DNA from: Raillietiella orientalis
Lineage: Eukaryota
DNA: 64,000 nucleotides
NCBI GenBank assembly: GCA_036172245.1
Contig: JAYWIR010000005.1
Coordinates: forward strand, 5,456,001 to 5,520,000
Direction of reading: 5' to 3'
This document shows positions 27,041-41,608 of this stretch, piece after piece (the first letter of the stretch is position 1; each line of letters begins with the position of its first letter). Position numbers and translations under genes: made by a program. The notes under the pieces were generated by a model. The model saw nothing but the letters and a program-made list of their open reading frames with translations, did no database searches and was not told where the DNA came from.

Positions 27041-30000
27041 AGTGGATGCAGTTTTTGAAATATAAATTAGAATTAATCAGAACCAAATCCTAAGGTTTCA
27101 TTCTAGGAGGAAGACGGCAAACTGGAAGGATGGACTATTAAGCCTTTCAATCAAGACAGTCGTGGTCGTAGTGATCAGCAACTGAAATCTCCAAAAGGAT
27201 CCATTTTCGTTGAGAATCACAAATGAATCACGGAAAAATTAAACTTTTATCTAATATCACATGCTTAATACCATATAATAGTAATATCTCCTTTCGAAAC
27301 ACCCTCCACCCATTCTGTATTGAATAATAGAAATTATCTACAAATAAAAATATTTTCCTCTCCAGTCACCTAATCAGTAAGCAGTTCACATTTTATGATT
27401 TTGAATCATTTTTACAAATACGTTTTGGCCATTTTTTTGGAATCTGGTTGTTTTTCTTACCAAATCGTAACATTCCAAGCATTTATGGCACTCTTAAATA
27501 AAAAAAAAAAAAAGCATTGTACTTTCTCTTTCAAAGACGTAATTTATAATTATTCCATTGATTCATATGTCGTATAAATATTTTGGATTCGGTATTGTCA
27601 ATCCATCTTATATCTTTATATTACAACATATATTACAGGCTATAAAATAAAATTGAAGCCTCACACGCCGGAAGCTCATCGTTCTAATCTATAAAAACCA
27701 AGCTCCTCTGAAAACTAAACCTCATCAGCCTCTAAAAACTCGTTCAAGAAATGTGCTACTATTCTAAGATGAGCACAGGAATAAGCCGTGAGAAAAACAG
27801 GAAGAAGAGATGCTTGTCCATTTGCGAATTCGTGCTAAAGATTAGATGGTTCGGCCACTTGCGCCAGCGGACTCGAATACGAGACAAATTGAACAGCTTC
27901 ATGGATGAATGATGACTGAAGCTTTGCCACGCGCAGTCTCCTTCATCATTGTTTTCAAACGTCCGCTGCATGCATTAGGGCATCCCTGGGTCGGTCCTCT
28001 GTGCCTCGAGCGACGAGAAGGAGCTTCTCGGTCGGCTGGAACGGTCCGTGCTCCGGTGTCAACGGATCTGTACAGAAACAAGTACAGATCAGGAATTTCG
28101 TCTGTGCATTTTTCGGAAGGTGCACAAGTTCTTGGGACCCATCTCGTTCTGATCACGAAAGCTGCGGAAATTTCACACTTGATGATCAGTCGTTCCGTTA
28201 GGTTGATGGGAAAGTGATACGGCAAATGCGTACCAGATATCTGATTGAGGAAAAGAGCTTGCGAAAGGTGCTTGTTCAGAATTTGATCGGAGCAAAGATA
28301 ACACGTACTCAATGGGCTTTCTGCTCATTTTCGTTCTTTTTTTCTTAAAGAATCCTTTTTGGTGTCACTCAGTCGAAACAGCGTCACCTGCATCGCCTTG
28401 GGGAAATTAGATCCGGGATTTAACTAATGTACGTCGAACAGGCACTAAATGTACGAGAATTCGTACATGAATTTGAAGGCAGGCTCGACTGCAGGTACTG
28501 ATCTGTTGCATCTTCGTCTCGCATTTGGGTTGTTGCAAACGGAAAACATGATGGTGTCAAAGTAGTACCACGTTTCCGTTTAGAGCAATGGGGAACGAAT
28601 TAAGAGATTTGATTATCTGAACGTATCGTAGCCAGGAACTTCATCTAAGAGCATCAATCGAAAAAATCATCTTCGTCAGTATGCTGCATGCGAAAACTCT
28701 CTACGGCTATGGGACAGGTAGCAATTTTGTCCGAAAAATGATTCTGCCTGAATGAAACTGCATCCTGTGAGACATTATCAGTATCTCTTTCATGTTTGTC
28801 TTTTTGACTGCAATTCGGAAAGATGTAGTGATCTATTATCTGTGATAACTGTTTGCCTAAATCTAGCCAGAACGACATCAACATGTATCCATTCTTAAGC
28901 TTCAGCAGAGCTTACGGTGCTGAAGCTCTTGAAGCCAAAAATTTTTAGCTCTTGAAGTAATTTGTGAAGAAAGCCATGGGTGCTCTCCCCTTCAAGAATG
29001 AAATTAACAGAGTGCTCAAGTGAACTGTGGTTCGTGAATGTATCCTATGATGTCAGTGTGCATTACATAGGATATCGACGATATAAATATGATATGCAGG
29101 AATGTATAAACCTTCATTGCTAACAGAAATCGGATGACACCATCGTGTAGAATCAATGATGAACCTGGCAAATGCTCCAGAGCATGCCCAAATGCTACAG
29201 AATTCGTTGGCTTCACCAGAGCACCATATCAGTGGTGTTTCAGGTATCGACAGAGCTTCGGATGCTGTGGTTGTTACCAGCTTTTCGAAATTCCTGGGCA
29301 GCGTTGGGACGGTGGCTTCACGTAGGATGTGCCATATCATTTGTGGTATGACACAAGGAGGTGAACCAGATCGGTTCAAGTTTCTGAAACTTCAGCATCG
29401 CTCTGCACGCGATGCACCAACGAGATCAGAAGTATTGTACATTCTGAAACCTTGTTGAACAATGGCTTCCCTTCGGGGTGCCATAAGCTTGCAAGTTTCC
29501 AGGCGTCTTCCTAGAAGGTCACATGGCTTCAGGTATTATTCTGTCCGAATGAAACCACATCTGCAGAACGGGGGGTGGGTGGGAAGAAGGGGTAAGGAAG
29601 TCTCCAGACCAAACCACCACTGCAGTTTACGTGTGAGAGTGTGTGTGTGCTTTCACATGTGCGGTGACTGCACTTTGGAGGAGTTTCCCGAATTGACCAC
29701 CGGGCATGGCAGGGTTCCGTGGTGCCTCAAGGAGTGACACCAGACGTGAATTCGTGAGGGAAGTGAGAAGACGTTATGCGTGTCAACCACAGTGGCAGAG
29801 CACACATACGTGCGTACACAGAACTGCAGGGTACGCGCCGGCAGCGTTCCTTCTTCCTTTTCCTCTACCTCTTTCTTCCTTTTTTGTTTTTTTTTTTGTG
29901 TGTTTTTTTTTTTTTCTTTTCTCCGTTACCCGTAGGATTCACTCTCCCAGGGAGCTTGCTGGCAAGTTTGTGGTGCAGGTGACAAACGGAATTAGAACAA

Positions 30001-30217
30001 TTTCCACACTCGGCCTCGAGGAACAACTCCGCGTGTTGCGCAGGTTGTGGCCGTGTTTTCGTCCAAATCGCGTGTGTGTGTGTGTGTGTGGAGCTGAAGA
30101 TGTAAATCGAAAGCAAATTGGAACTGCAGCCACGAAAAAATTCCCTGTGTGTGTTGTGTGAGCACTGCTTGTGTTCTTGCTGGAGACAGGGCAGGAAATT
30201 CGGAGCAGGATTTCAAA

Positions 30218-33200
30218 ATGACGGAGCTTACGAATGAGCAAACGGAAAAGCTGTTGCAGCTTCAGGTATTATGAAACTTGTTCTTTCGAAAGCTGGGCAT
30301 TGAACCTGTATTGCACTGTGATTACCGTTTTTGTGAGGACTTTGAGGGAAGTAGACCAGGATTTGCGATTTTGCCTCATTTCTGTGAACTACGGATTTCT
30401 TCGGTCATGTAAACATGCAGTATAACATTTTGTTTTTAGCATGTGTATTAGTATTGATATGCAGACGAATGCATTCCATAGTTCGCGTTTTGTATTGTAT
30501 CGTATATCCACGTATCTACCTCGTGTATTTTATCCACCTGATACGTTGATGTACAGGAATGGGCATATTAGTGTTTTTTCTACACATTTTATTCCTCAAC
30601 TATATCGTGGCTTCCAATGATTTAAAGACAAAAGCAGTACGATGATAATCTTGACATAAGCCAATGATTTAAAAACTTGAGAGTAAATAAAGGTTTTCTC
30701 AAAATCATTTTCGTCGACCATTTCTGTTTCCAATTGTATGATGGCTGGTTAATCTTGGTTCTAATGCCGGATGGCTGAGATACTGCGTGTACGGAATTAC
30801 TCCAAAGAGCAATAAATTAACCTAGTAAGTGGCACAGTAAGCCAAAAAGTCCAAATGACAGCTTCATTTGGTTAGTCTGCTGCCAGATATTCTGTAACAC
30901 CAGTAACAGACGATGGGCTTATACTTGGTATTATTAGGAATGGCTGTGAAGGAACACTTGTGTTTTATTTTGTTTTCTATTTGGTTCATAGTGCATTCTT
31001 GCATGGTTTTTGTGAGCTGTTTGGTATTAATAATGTGCATTGCACTTACCAAATGTTCACATCAAAGAAAAAGTGCGAACAACTCGCAACTTCTAGAGTT
31101 CATAGTCATTGAGCAAGCAGTAATTACAAATTTATAGTAAAATACAGCATTGCCGGGAGTTCAAATAAATACTGTCATATGGGGTGGTTCAAGGAACTGT
31201 CCCTCAATTCATAGAGGAAGTAGCAAAAAATCCAATCAAGAAACAGAGATTTTCAAAACAGGAAAATGAAACCAATGCATGTAAACTTCAAAATTTGCAG
31301 CAATGCACCAACTGCGGTTTCATGACACTTGGGGGAGAGAAACAAGTTTCTATTTGTGGAGAAGACATAATAGAAAGGATGTGCATTCAGCTATTGAAAA
31401 CTCTTCCAATAACCTGCTGTATCAAGCAAGCATACAGATGTGCGGCCAAACTAAGTCAGAATTTTTCATATGCTTTATTTTTTTGAAATGTTTCTGCAAA
31501 TAATGAAATGAGAACCAAAGTAACTTGTGATGAAAACTTTTTTTTAAAAAAGCATCGGAACAAATTACAGTGATGATTTTTTTCATAGTTGTTTCTATTA
31601 AGAATCAATATATAAGTAGCATGTAGGAAACAAATGAGATGTATTTTAACATGTAAATTTTTCTTAAGGATGCAACAGGTATGGAAGATCTTGCTATGTG
31701 TCGAGTTGTCTTAGAAAACCACAATTGGAATCTGGAAAGTGCTGTGCATGAACAGTTGCATATGAGTGAAGCCTCTTCACAATTTTCAGATCAAAGTAGT
31801 CAATACGGGATTTTTCCCAATGCCAACTCATTGCATAGACATTCTTTGCATTCTGGGCAAGGAATGTTACGATGGAGTTGCTCCCTACTGTATTTGCCAT
31901 TTCAATTGATCTTAAATGTAACAAGAAATCTATTTCTGTTTGTTATCAGTTTATTGCACCCTATTAGCAGGCATCTTTTTTTGTCACAAGGTGAGTTTCT
32001 TTTGTTTGTTTTCCATATCAATTTGAAACTGTAGCAATGCTAATTCAGTGCCTAGCAATCCATTTGGGGATGTGCAAGCATTCAAAGAGGATTATGAACG
32101 CAAATATGGTGTCAGTCATCCCAATTTCTTCATTGGATCTTACAGTGATGCCCTAAATGCTGCAAAACGAGAGTTGTGCTTTCTCCTAGCATATCTTCAT
32201 TGTGAAGATCACAATGAAACAGATCAGTTCTGTCGGTAAGCAGCTACTGTGTGTTCCTGTGAATTCACTGAAATTTTTCAGAGAAACATTGAATTGTTCA
32301 GATGTAATTACTTTTATAAACAGCCAGATGATTTTTTGGGCATGTTCTGTGAAGAAAGCAGAAGGATATAGAGTTTCACAGTCTTTGAGAGAAAATGGCT
32401 ATCCTTTCTTGGCTCTTATTGTTTTGAAAAACAGCAGGATGACTGCAGTGGCTAGGTATGTGGTTAAGCAATGGAAATGTGTGCAGACAATTCATATTTT
32501 ATCGAAACTGTTCACAAGAGCAATTGAACTTTGATCATTTTTCGGAAACACATTGGTTTCGTAATGCTTATGTTTGTATTTTCAAAAAATTTCTGAACAT
32601 CTGGAATTTGATACAAAAGCATTTCAGCACATATGTGATGAAAGTACACTTCCTGCTATGTTTAACACATTTGTCACACAGGAATGTGCCAATCCTTAAA
32701 GGAAAGTACCCTGTCTTATCATTATGGCTTAGCTTCCATTGTCATCTCCAAAAGTCTGTAGTTTCAAGAGTGTATCTCAGACATTTGCTTTTTGAATTTT
32801 TTTTTTTTTTTTTTAATGCTTTTGAAGTTATAGAGAACCCTGTACAATGATGTCTTTAAAGATAAATATGAAGTATTAGGAGAGATCATTGCAAATTATA
32901 TATCAGCACATAGAATTAACTAGCATTTTCAACACGCTATATTTAAGCACAATATTGTGAGAAAGTTGGTGCATAAACAAATTGAATGAGAGCTTTCTGC
33001 TTTAGAAACAATCATTTTAGGTAGTAATTTCTTGTGTTTAATTTGTTGGTGTTAAATGTCCAGCATGGAATATTTGTCAGTTAATGATCTGATGGTAGTT
33101 GACCACTGACACACAGCATACAATGCATGTAAATAGATTGAGAATTCTCAGATTTGAGTATGATGACTATTTTGAAACAAGAACAAACGTGAGAGCTTTT

Positions 33201-34500
33201 GTCTTTATATTTCGAGTTTCTGCATGGCATTGATGGAAAGACACCCAGTTTTTGCAGCATTAGTATTAGTTCGATGTGCTCTGACATTTCAGAATAGATT
33301 GAGTCGTTTTAACTTTTGGTTTGAGATTTACTATAGAACTATTGGAAAGCATGATATTTCTGAATTTTCTAATTTTGCCTTTCATGCAGCCTTGCAAATG
33401 TTCAGTGGTAAGATCAGACATCCAGACAAAACATCCAGATATTTATTGTATTATTATTATATGCAGTACTGGTTGACATCCACAAAATGCAATGAACTAT
33501 TATAAAGTGTCTTACATATGTGCACAGATGGAATCCGCCCCTTCCCTCCCTCTACATTCATTCTTTCATTATTTGGAATGTGTTGCTATTTTGATCATAT
33601 CATCTTAATGAAATATGCATGAAATTGTGTTCTTTTGCATGCTTTATGTGTTGTGAATGATAAATACAAATGCTACGTTTTCTCCTGTGTTCATGATGTA
33701 AGGTATGTATCAAAAACATTAAAAAGTAATTTATATTTTGATAGCATTCCAGTTGTGTAAAATTTTATCTTATGCTTAGAATGGAGGGATATATCATGGC
33801 TGATGAATTGCTGAATACACTTACTCGAGCAATGTCTGAAAACGAAACTTCCTTGATTCGTGCTAGACTTGAAAGGTAAGCAACATCACATGAACCATAA
33901 TGACTGGAATTTCCTCAAGGGAGGAGCGTCAAATGAATCAGGTCCTTCGGGAAGAACAAGACCATGCATACCAAGAATCTTTGAAAGCTGACAGAGAAAA
34001 GCAAAAACGAAAGGAAGAAGAAAGGCTTAGGAAGGAACAAGAAGAAAGAGAAAGACAACTTAAAGAACAGGAAGCTATTCAGTTACGAGAGGTATAATAA
34101 GTATTTAATGTGTCAATATTTACTGGTAGTTAAGAGCATAAAGCAGCAAAAGATAGACTTAGTCAATAATGTGCCTGAAGAACCTGATGTTACTCATCCA
34201 GATGCCATAAACATAGTAATCAAGCTCCCGAATGGTATTAGATTGCAAAGACGTTTTCTGAAAACACAGTCCCTGAAGGTAATTTGCTTGACCAGGGAAG
34301 TTGAAATTGTTCTATTCCAGATGCTTTACTATTATGTGTTCTGTCATCCTGAGTCTCCAGATCGCTTTGAAATTGCAACTAGTTTCCCTCTAAGAGTGCT
34401 GTCATGTACACCTATTGATTCACAGTCAGACCCACCCACATTTGCAGCGGAGGGTTTTCAAGGATCCGAAACACTTTGGATCCGAGACTTGGATGCTTAA
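30218..34500 (+). CDS. FAF2: FAS-associated factor 2 / UBXD8 (UBA-UAS-coiled coil-UBX; p97/VCP adaptor). Exons 30218-30265, 31669-31990, 32049-32234, 32282-32455, 33780-33875, 33920-34091, 34135-34278, 34321-34500
   Basis: N-terminus MTELTNEQTEKLLQLQ|DATGMEDLAMCRVVLENHNWNLESAV; UAS domain HPNFFIGSYSDALNAAKRELCFLLAYLH..YRVSQSLRENGYPFLALI; LREEQDHAYQESLKADREK; UBX domain KLPNGIRLQRRF..FEIATSFP. GT-AG boundaries keep the frame. Confidence 0.93.
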
Positions 34501-34523
34501 ATTGTTTATAGTGGAGTTTTCAC

Positions 34524-37500
34524 TCATTTGCTGCCTGATGCTTTTGGCATATGGCACAGGGGGCAGTAGGACCTTTCAGCCATCAGTGTACTATATGCTC
34601 TGTGCTTGCATATAGTGCAAATCCACTGTTTGCTATAATCAGTTACAGGTCTTCCGGAAACTGTGCATGCTGACATGCGAAAGTTGCAATTTGAACAAGT
34701 GTGCAGCCTGAAAAGCAGGGATCTGATAACCTGTTATGACCTCTCTACACATACCAATAGGGTAAATTCTGATGGCATTCTGGGCAAAGGATTTCCGTAT
34801 GTGGAGAATTTTCCACATTATGATGAGTGAATATCTGCATTGCAAGGCTGTTGTAATTACTGTCACCTTCCTGTTACCCTAAGCTAAGTCCCTTCTTTTT
34901 CTATGCCACACTCACCCCAGTAGGTTCCAGTTTCACAAAAGCTTGTGCACACAGAACAAACATTTTGTTGGTATATGCAGTTAGTGCCAATAAAGTATAA
35001 ATCTCTCGTATGGGAAGAATATCCTCGTATTCAGTCAACAACACTGATGTGCTGAGAGCTGCATCTAAAGCTCCTGCAAAATGCACATACACATGTACTA
35101 CTAAAGAGAGCAGCAATGAACCTGCATGTATTTGACATTGAGCAAGCGAGAGGAAATGGTAAGCTTCTGCCCCTCTCCAGGCATTCTGTACTAACTGCAA
35201 ATCTTCTTCATCTGGGTGAAATGTGTTGACAGAACAAATTTCTGGAGCACGGGCAGCTAACAGATACATTTTCTTTAGCTTTGTTGGAGGCAGTTTTTGA
35301 GTAGACATTTGCAGGACGATCTAAGGATTTTTTATCTTAATCAATACAAGTTAAGCACAAGAATACTTTTGTAAGCAGCCTTGTAATTCCTGGCCAATAC
35401 TCAGCTTCAGAATATAAATTCAAAGCATCTATGTATTTGTTCTCCTTTTGAAGCTTGTTTGCATTACTTAACATTATTTTCATGCAATTGTACTGTGGAT
35501 ATCGCTGAGATAAGATTATCGCCTCTTTCCATTTATTCAACTGAATACATGCATTAACTGCTGCTTGTAGGTCACCAATCTACAACAAATGGTTGAGCTA
35601 TTCCTTGAATAGTTTTGTTCAGTGTTTGTATGAAAATATTAACATTTGTATGAACAGTAATTTCTGGTTTTGAAGAACACATGAATTGAAACAAAAACTT
35701 AGGAGAATTAGTAAACAATAGAACAAGGTTGCAGAAAATGTTCATAAAAAGAAAAAAGTACTCATTATATGAGTACTCTTTTTAGAACAAAAAATGTAGA
35801 TATCTTGGACAAAACATCCTTTAAGATGATTTATTTAGATTTCTTCAAAAGAAGCCAAAAATTGCCTAATAGTCTCATTAGAATTTGAAGTTCAAAATGC
35901 ATTTTAGAGAACATGGAACAATGCCAACGTGAATAAGTAAACAAATGTTGGTCATTGAAGGACATTTAAGTAATGTCTCCTTAAACAAGTTTAGAGTGCT
36001 GTTTTGATAGTTTACAAACTTTAAAGTTTATACAGCACAAAATGTATGAGGATACAACTGACTAAACAATTTCAATTGCCCTTTAAAGTCTTGGGTCCTT
36101 TTTCAGAAAATCCATCTGTAAAATGACCACTCCCTGCAAAACAGGTATCTCACAACACAGCTTCAACAAAAACCTAAGCAGCACCCACGAGCAGTGTCTC
36201 AATGAAAAAAATGAAAAAGCTGCCCTATTCAAGAAAAAATGCACAAGCATACAAAATGTATTCACATGGACATGTTAGCATCATAACTCATTATGTCACA
36301 AATGCTGATTTGAAAATAATTATTGCTGCAAAATCAACAATAATATTAAATTAGTTCCTACCTTGCAATAGCAACTAACGGCTTGCTTACACAAACCAGC
36401 AGATGTGAAAATAGCTCCCATGTTATGAAGTAACTGACTATCAGGTGGCAACTCTTCAATTAATTGTTCCATACGCTCATAGTTTTGCAACAGAATGCAA
36501 CACTTGAAAAGTTTATCATAAGTGTGAGCTTGTTCATAATAAGGGAGTGCCTCCAACCTAAGCAATGATCTCTCTCTAGTCCAAATAAAAATGAATAACT
36601 ACCAATTCTGTCTCTCAAAATGCCAGTCTCCTAATTGCCTGCAACTATCTTCTGTCTGCTGATCAGAACCAGATGAACTTTTGCTGAGCAACTTGAGCAC
36701 TTGCAAGTGGTTTCCCAATTTTTGATACAAATGAACTGCTAAATCACTGGGTTTTATGGGTATCAAAAAGATAAAGAGTTACTGAAATTTGCTTGTTACC
36801 ACCGATCAGCATCAAGATAAATCTTTTCGGCATCTTCAAAATGGTGAAAGTATGCAGCAACTTCAGCCTTTTGCAACAGTGTGTTCTGGATTTTGGAAAG
36901 TCTTTTGACAAACTGGATACCAGGATAGTCAACACACCGCACAAAGCATGATTCTGCAGTAGCAAGATCTAACTGTTCAAGAGCTTTTTCAGCTGCTAAC
37001 CTCCTATAAAATGTAAACATTGTGATTAAATACATACTGTAAAGCTTGAAAGGACCTCACCATAAACATGAATGAGGATTCTCTTCAATAAATTGGAGAG
37101 CCTGCTTGATCCCAACATTTTCTAACAAATTTCTGGTGTCCCTCAAAGATTTAACTTCCAATTTAATGGAAAATTCTGGAGATGGATTTGTGGGTTGAGC
37201 AAGCAACTGATCCAACAAAATAAGATGCACTTCTAGCTGTTTAAAACTAGCGATGTAGCCAGATGTGGCTATAGGCTCATCTGGATCCAAATTATGGAAA
37301 ATATATAAGCGGGACTTTTCCATTGCAACAAAGAGATCAGGATCATCTGAGGCCCAACATACATCCCATACATCCTTTCGTTCCCACTGCTGTGTGCTTT
37401 CTTTGTCAGAAAGAGTTAACACAGTAAGTGTACTTGTAACATCAATAACTGCCACACAACTTAAAGACAATGAGCAACTATTATTATAGTTCCATACCTT

Positions 37501-39825
37501 CCAACAGAATTCAAAGCTAGATAGAGAGGATGACACTTGTGTTTGTAAAGACGCACTAATGAAGCATAAGGTAAACTATACTGCTGAAGCAAACCAGATT
37601 CTCTGCCAACTAGGAGAAGACTGCCTTGAGCTGTTAAGCTGCAAATGGGATCTTCAACAGACTATGATACAGAATAAAGAACCTGTCTATGAATCTCTAT
37701 GAAATTTTGGTGATAGCTTACATGATTAGCTTCAGATGAACTCTGAAGTACACCATCCAAGTTGTACATTGAGCATTTCTTGTGAGTAGAAAGATTAGCA
37801 AACTCAGAGATCTGAGCAGTAGAAGAGCAGCACATCCACACACAAAAGAGGCTTTTAGATGCAGCAATAATGCAAGAATTTGTCATGGTCACATAAAGGG
37901 GCTGGATCTGTAAGGGACAATCTATGTGAGTGTAAAGCATCTATTTTAGAAACTAAAAGACTCACTGTCAATGGGTGTGCCTCTGCAGTTACAAAGAATT
38001 AACATGTAAGGTTGCATAATATCATCAGTGGCTGTTGCCAGGACACAATGGTTAGTGGAAGCTGCTACTGCCAGTATGAGCCGCACATACTTGACATGAT
38101 ACTAAGAAGATATACTGGAAGATTCTTGAGAAACCGGTACTTCCTGGGAAGAAGGATTCCAGAAAGCTACAGCTGTATCATTCTTATCAGGTCGAACATA
38201 GCTGAACATGACTGTATTGCTGAAATAACACCACTTGTATCTTGGGCGTAGACTGGCCAAATATACAAATGAGTCCACTGCCAACACCATCTGCAAAGAA
38301 CTGCCATCCCAAGAGAAATCCATTAATTTCTTCCCAGGGACTCTGAGTGTACGTAAATGCTGAAAAAGAATGCAATACTGATTAGAACAAACAGGACCTA
38401 CCTCTCCATGGCAGTTGTAGAAGTAGATTACATTCCCAGCCAAACCTTTTGATTGCACACCTGCCACTGCCAGCACATAGCCATTTGGACTCCATTCACA
38501 GCAAGTGGCATGCAAATCAGTGGTTACCAATAAAGGATCTACTAAATGCAATAGAAAGCCTCTACTACCATACCATCATCAGTCTCATTCCTCATTAATA
38601 GTAGATTTCCATTTTCAAAGCACACTGCAAGGCTGGGTTGTGCTGCTTTTAAATTGCAATGACTCCATTGTAGCCCTGCTACTTTGCTGTTTGCAGTCAC
38701 AGCTTTAGTGTTGAGCTGTCCCTATGGGCAAGTAATCTCTGTTCAAAGATCATACCTTGTCACATACAATCAATTCTCCCCCAGCATCAAAAATCTTAAC
38801 TTCTGAAGATGCAATCAGTAACAATTGGGAATTTGGTGACCACTCTACAACAGAGAGATCAACATTTTTCAGGTCTTTACTCCACAAACGACTTCCATCT
38901 ACAGAACCAACGATAACTGTGCCTGAAAATTTTTGTTAAGGTCTTCATAACTGCAAGTATTACATGTTACCATCTTTGTAAGCTATACAAATCTTTTGTC
39001 CAGAAGTATCCCAACGCATGTCACATACAACAGCATTAGTGCGACTGTTTATCATTTCTTCACCCCAAGATGACTATTGGTTAGAAACCAGATTAACTGC
39101 AAATTATTAAATAAGCTTACTTTTTGAAATGTTGACACAATAATTAACCCTTTGCTGTCACCACTGGTTAGTTTTTGATGCATCTCATTCCAAGTAACAA
39201 TTTTCACTTCCCCACTATGGCCTTCCAAAGTTTGATTCATGCTCAAGTTGGAAGAAGGTACATCTTTTTTCTTCTCATCATCTTAAATTTTTTTTTTTTT
39301 TTTTTAAAGTCATGCTATATATGAAAACAATATTCGCACGACAGATCAAAGGTAATTACTTTTTATAGTGACTCAATATTTTTGAAACTCAGAATTCAAA
39401 GTTCTTTTTAAAACACACAATGATCTTCTCCCACTTTGAAGACATTATTAAACAAGAAATGCTATTATGCAAAAAATATGCATCAAAGGAAAGCAACAGG
39501 TGACATCTTCAAATCCAAAAATCCAATCTTTGGGTTTTAACTTAGCAAAATTAATTTATCAGTCCTTGCGTTTTGCATATTTTGCATTTAAGTAAGGGCA
39601 GTATTGCTTATATAACATTTAAAATTCAATATTTTAAAATATTACCACAATCGAATTTGAGTACTTTAAGAAGTCCATCTTTCCCACCACATGCAACGTA
39701 TTGACCAGTTTTGCTCCAAGACACACAGGTCAGCTGGGTATTGTTGGGAATAGCAATCTACTAAGCATGGGTTACAGAAGATTCAAAAGATATATACATA
39801 CCTTTTTGCTGAGATAGGCAAACAT
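34524..39825 (-). CDS. WDR35: WD repeat protein 35 / IFT121 (IFT-A complex), multi-exon
   Basis: [175 protein letters not shown]-terminal zinc fingers CPECH..CSNC..CTICKH..CPLCH; TGA at 34526-34524. Confidence 0.93.
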
Positions 39826-41371
39826 CGAAACTTCTTACGTGCCTACTATGCCAAAATCTTTACTAAACACAGCAACAGTGGGCTTGATTTTCTTTGTCTC
39901 CACACTCATTTTGTAAACTTTGGCACGTTAACGCTGAAATGAGTCTTAATTCCCATAATGAGTGAGGAAGCACAGAGATTTCAAGAATATGAGCATTTCA
40001 ACAAAAGCATGACCAGACTTAAATTTCAAAGAAATCTTTTTCACTCGCACAATGGTGCAAGAAAGTTTGCACTTTCTACCCGGCATCTGCTGCTAGTCCT
40101 ACACATTTCCGGAGAACTCAAAGTTCTAACCTAAGGTGACCACCTCTAGTAATTACTACTCTTTCTACCAGCTGAGAAATTCATAGATACCGCAATGTTG
40201 AATTCCTGCAGTGAGAACCGACATGGATCTACTAAATCTGTTTTGCAGCAATCTTCAGAAATACAGATAATTATTAAAATGATGCTCACTTGTAATGTAT
40301 TTTTTTTAATTTTTTTACACATTTTCATTACTTTAAGTAAATCGGTGAATACAAACATCCATACGTGAAGATTTCGTGATATGTGTGAGAATCTGATTTT
40401 GTTATTTAATTTAAGAATTTTGTTTGAGTTCATGTCCTGAGAAACTAAGGCAGTCTAATCTAATGGTACTTGGACTCTGAAATCTAATGGACTCTGAATG
40501 GCTGGAGAAACTTCATATTTATCCCTCCATTCATAATAAAAATCATTTTTTATTTACTTTCACGCACTGATCCTCTTAATTCTAAGCCTCATGAACTTCT
40601 TGATGGCCAACTGGAGTTTTTAAAGAAATCATAATTTGATGAGTTCTGTGTTTGAAAAATTTTCAGGTCATTGAAATTACATCTGACATGGTTTTCACAC
40701 GGAGATATGAACTTCAGATGATTGAGGTGATTCGACGCCTCAATTAAGGCGAGCCATTGACACGGATTTGCTTGCATTTTAAGTGAGGATCTCCCATGGA
40801 AACCATCGATCTCGCAGAAACGTAAGACAAACGTAAGCAGACATTTAAATACACCGAGAAATAAAATAGCATCGATTTATAGTCACAGATTCATATGCAA
40901 CCTCGCTGAATAAATGGATCCATCAGCCAGGATAGAAAAAAAAAATAAAACGGTTACGTGCTAACCCAAACGTTTACACTGATTTTCTGGTTTGATATAA
41001 TCGTGGTTTGGATTTTGAAGAATGGTATCGAAAAACAGTAAAGCACACAAAGGATATATAAATCATCGATGAAACTACATTGAAAATACAATGGAGTCCC
41101 ATTCGCAGTTTTGAAACGAAAACTCATTGTAACATAAATGCTTAACGAAAATACACTTAGTTCCTAATGGCCTCCATTTGTACATATGCCATATGTGGTA
41201 CGTGCATGAACAATAGTACAATAAATCCTTTGAAATGTCTATGATGTCAAATTCTTACTAACCATTACGATGAGATAGTCAAATGAGGCTGGTTTTAGCT
41301 CACTGAAAAAGTGTACCGTCTTACAAGGTACGTGGGTATAAGGTAGCAGCAATTATCAAATGTTCGTACAT

Positions 41372-41608
41372 CTATGCATGTGAACTGAGGTTGTAGTTTC
41401 TGTTCTGTCTTGTGGAGCCTGGATCGTTTCGAATCTCAAGAGGAACACCCTTATTCATATCAAAGACTGAATCCTTGCTTTGAAAAAAAAAAAAAACTTT
41501 CATCGTTAATTCTTCAAATGAACAAGTGACCTGAAGCACTTTTGCTGAGGACGGGGGTAGGCTGCTTCCAACGCTGAAAATGGTCTGTCGACAGCTACGC
41601 AAAAACAT
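41372..41608 (-). CDS. Putative small two-exon protein (about 59 aa), unknown function
   Basis: GCCATG MFLRSCRQTIFSVGSSLPPSSAKVLQ, then CAG|GT, a short intron with a poly-T tract and AAG acceptor, then DSVFDMNKGVPLEIRNDPGSTRQNRNYNLSSHA*. No family recognised. Confidence 0.3.
   Translation of the reverse strand: MFLRSCRQTIFSVGSSLPPSSAKVLQVTCSFEELTMKVFFFFQSKDSVFDMNKGVPLEIRNDPGSTRQNRNYNLSSHA

Noticed and set aside
29190..29330. GIDRASDAV resembling the RT motif DIxKAFDSV
   Set aside because: A single weak motif without ordered neighbours.
33160..33284. ATGATGA...CTGA in a FAF2 intron
   Set aside because: No terminal stem and no convincing guide.
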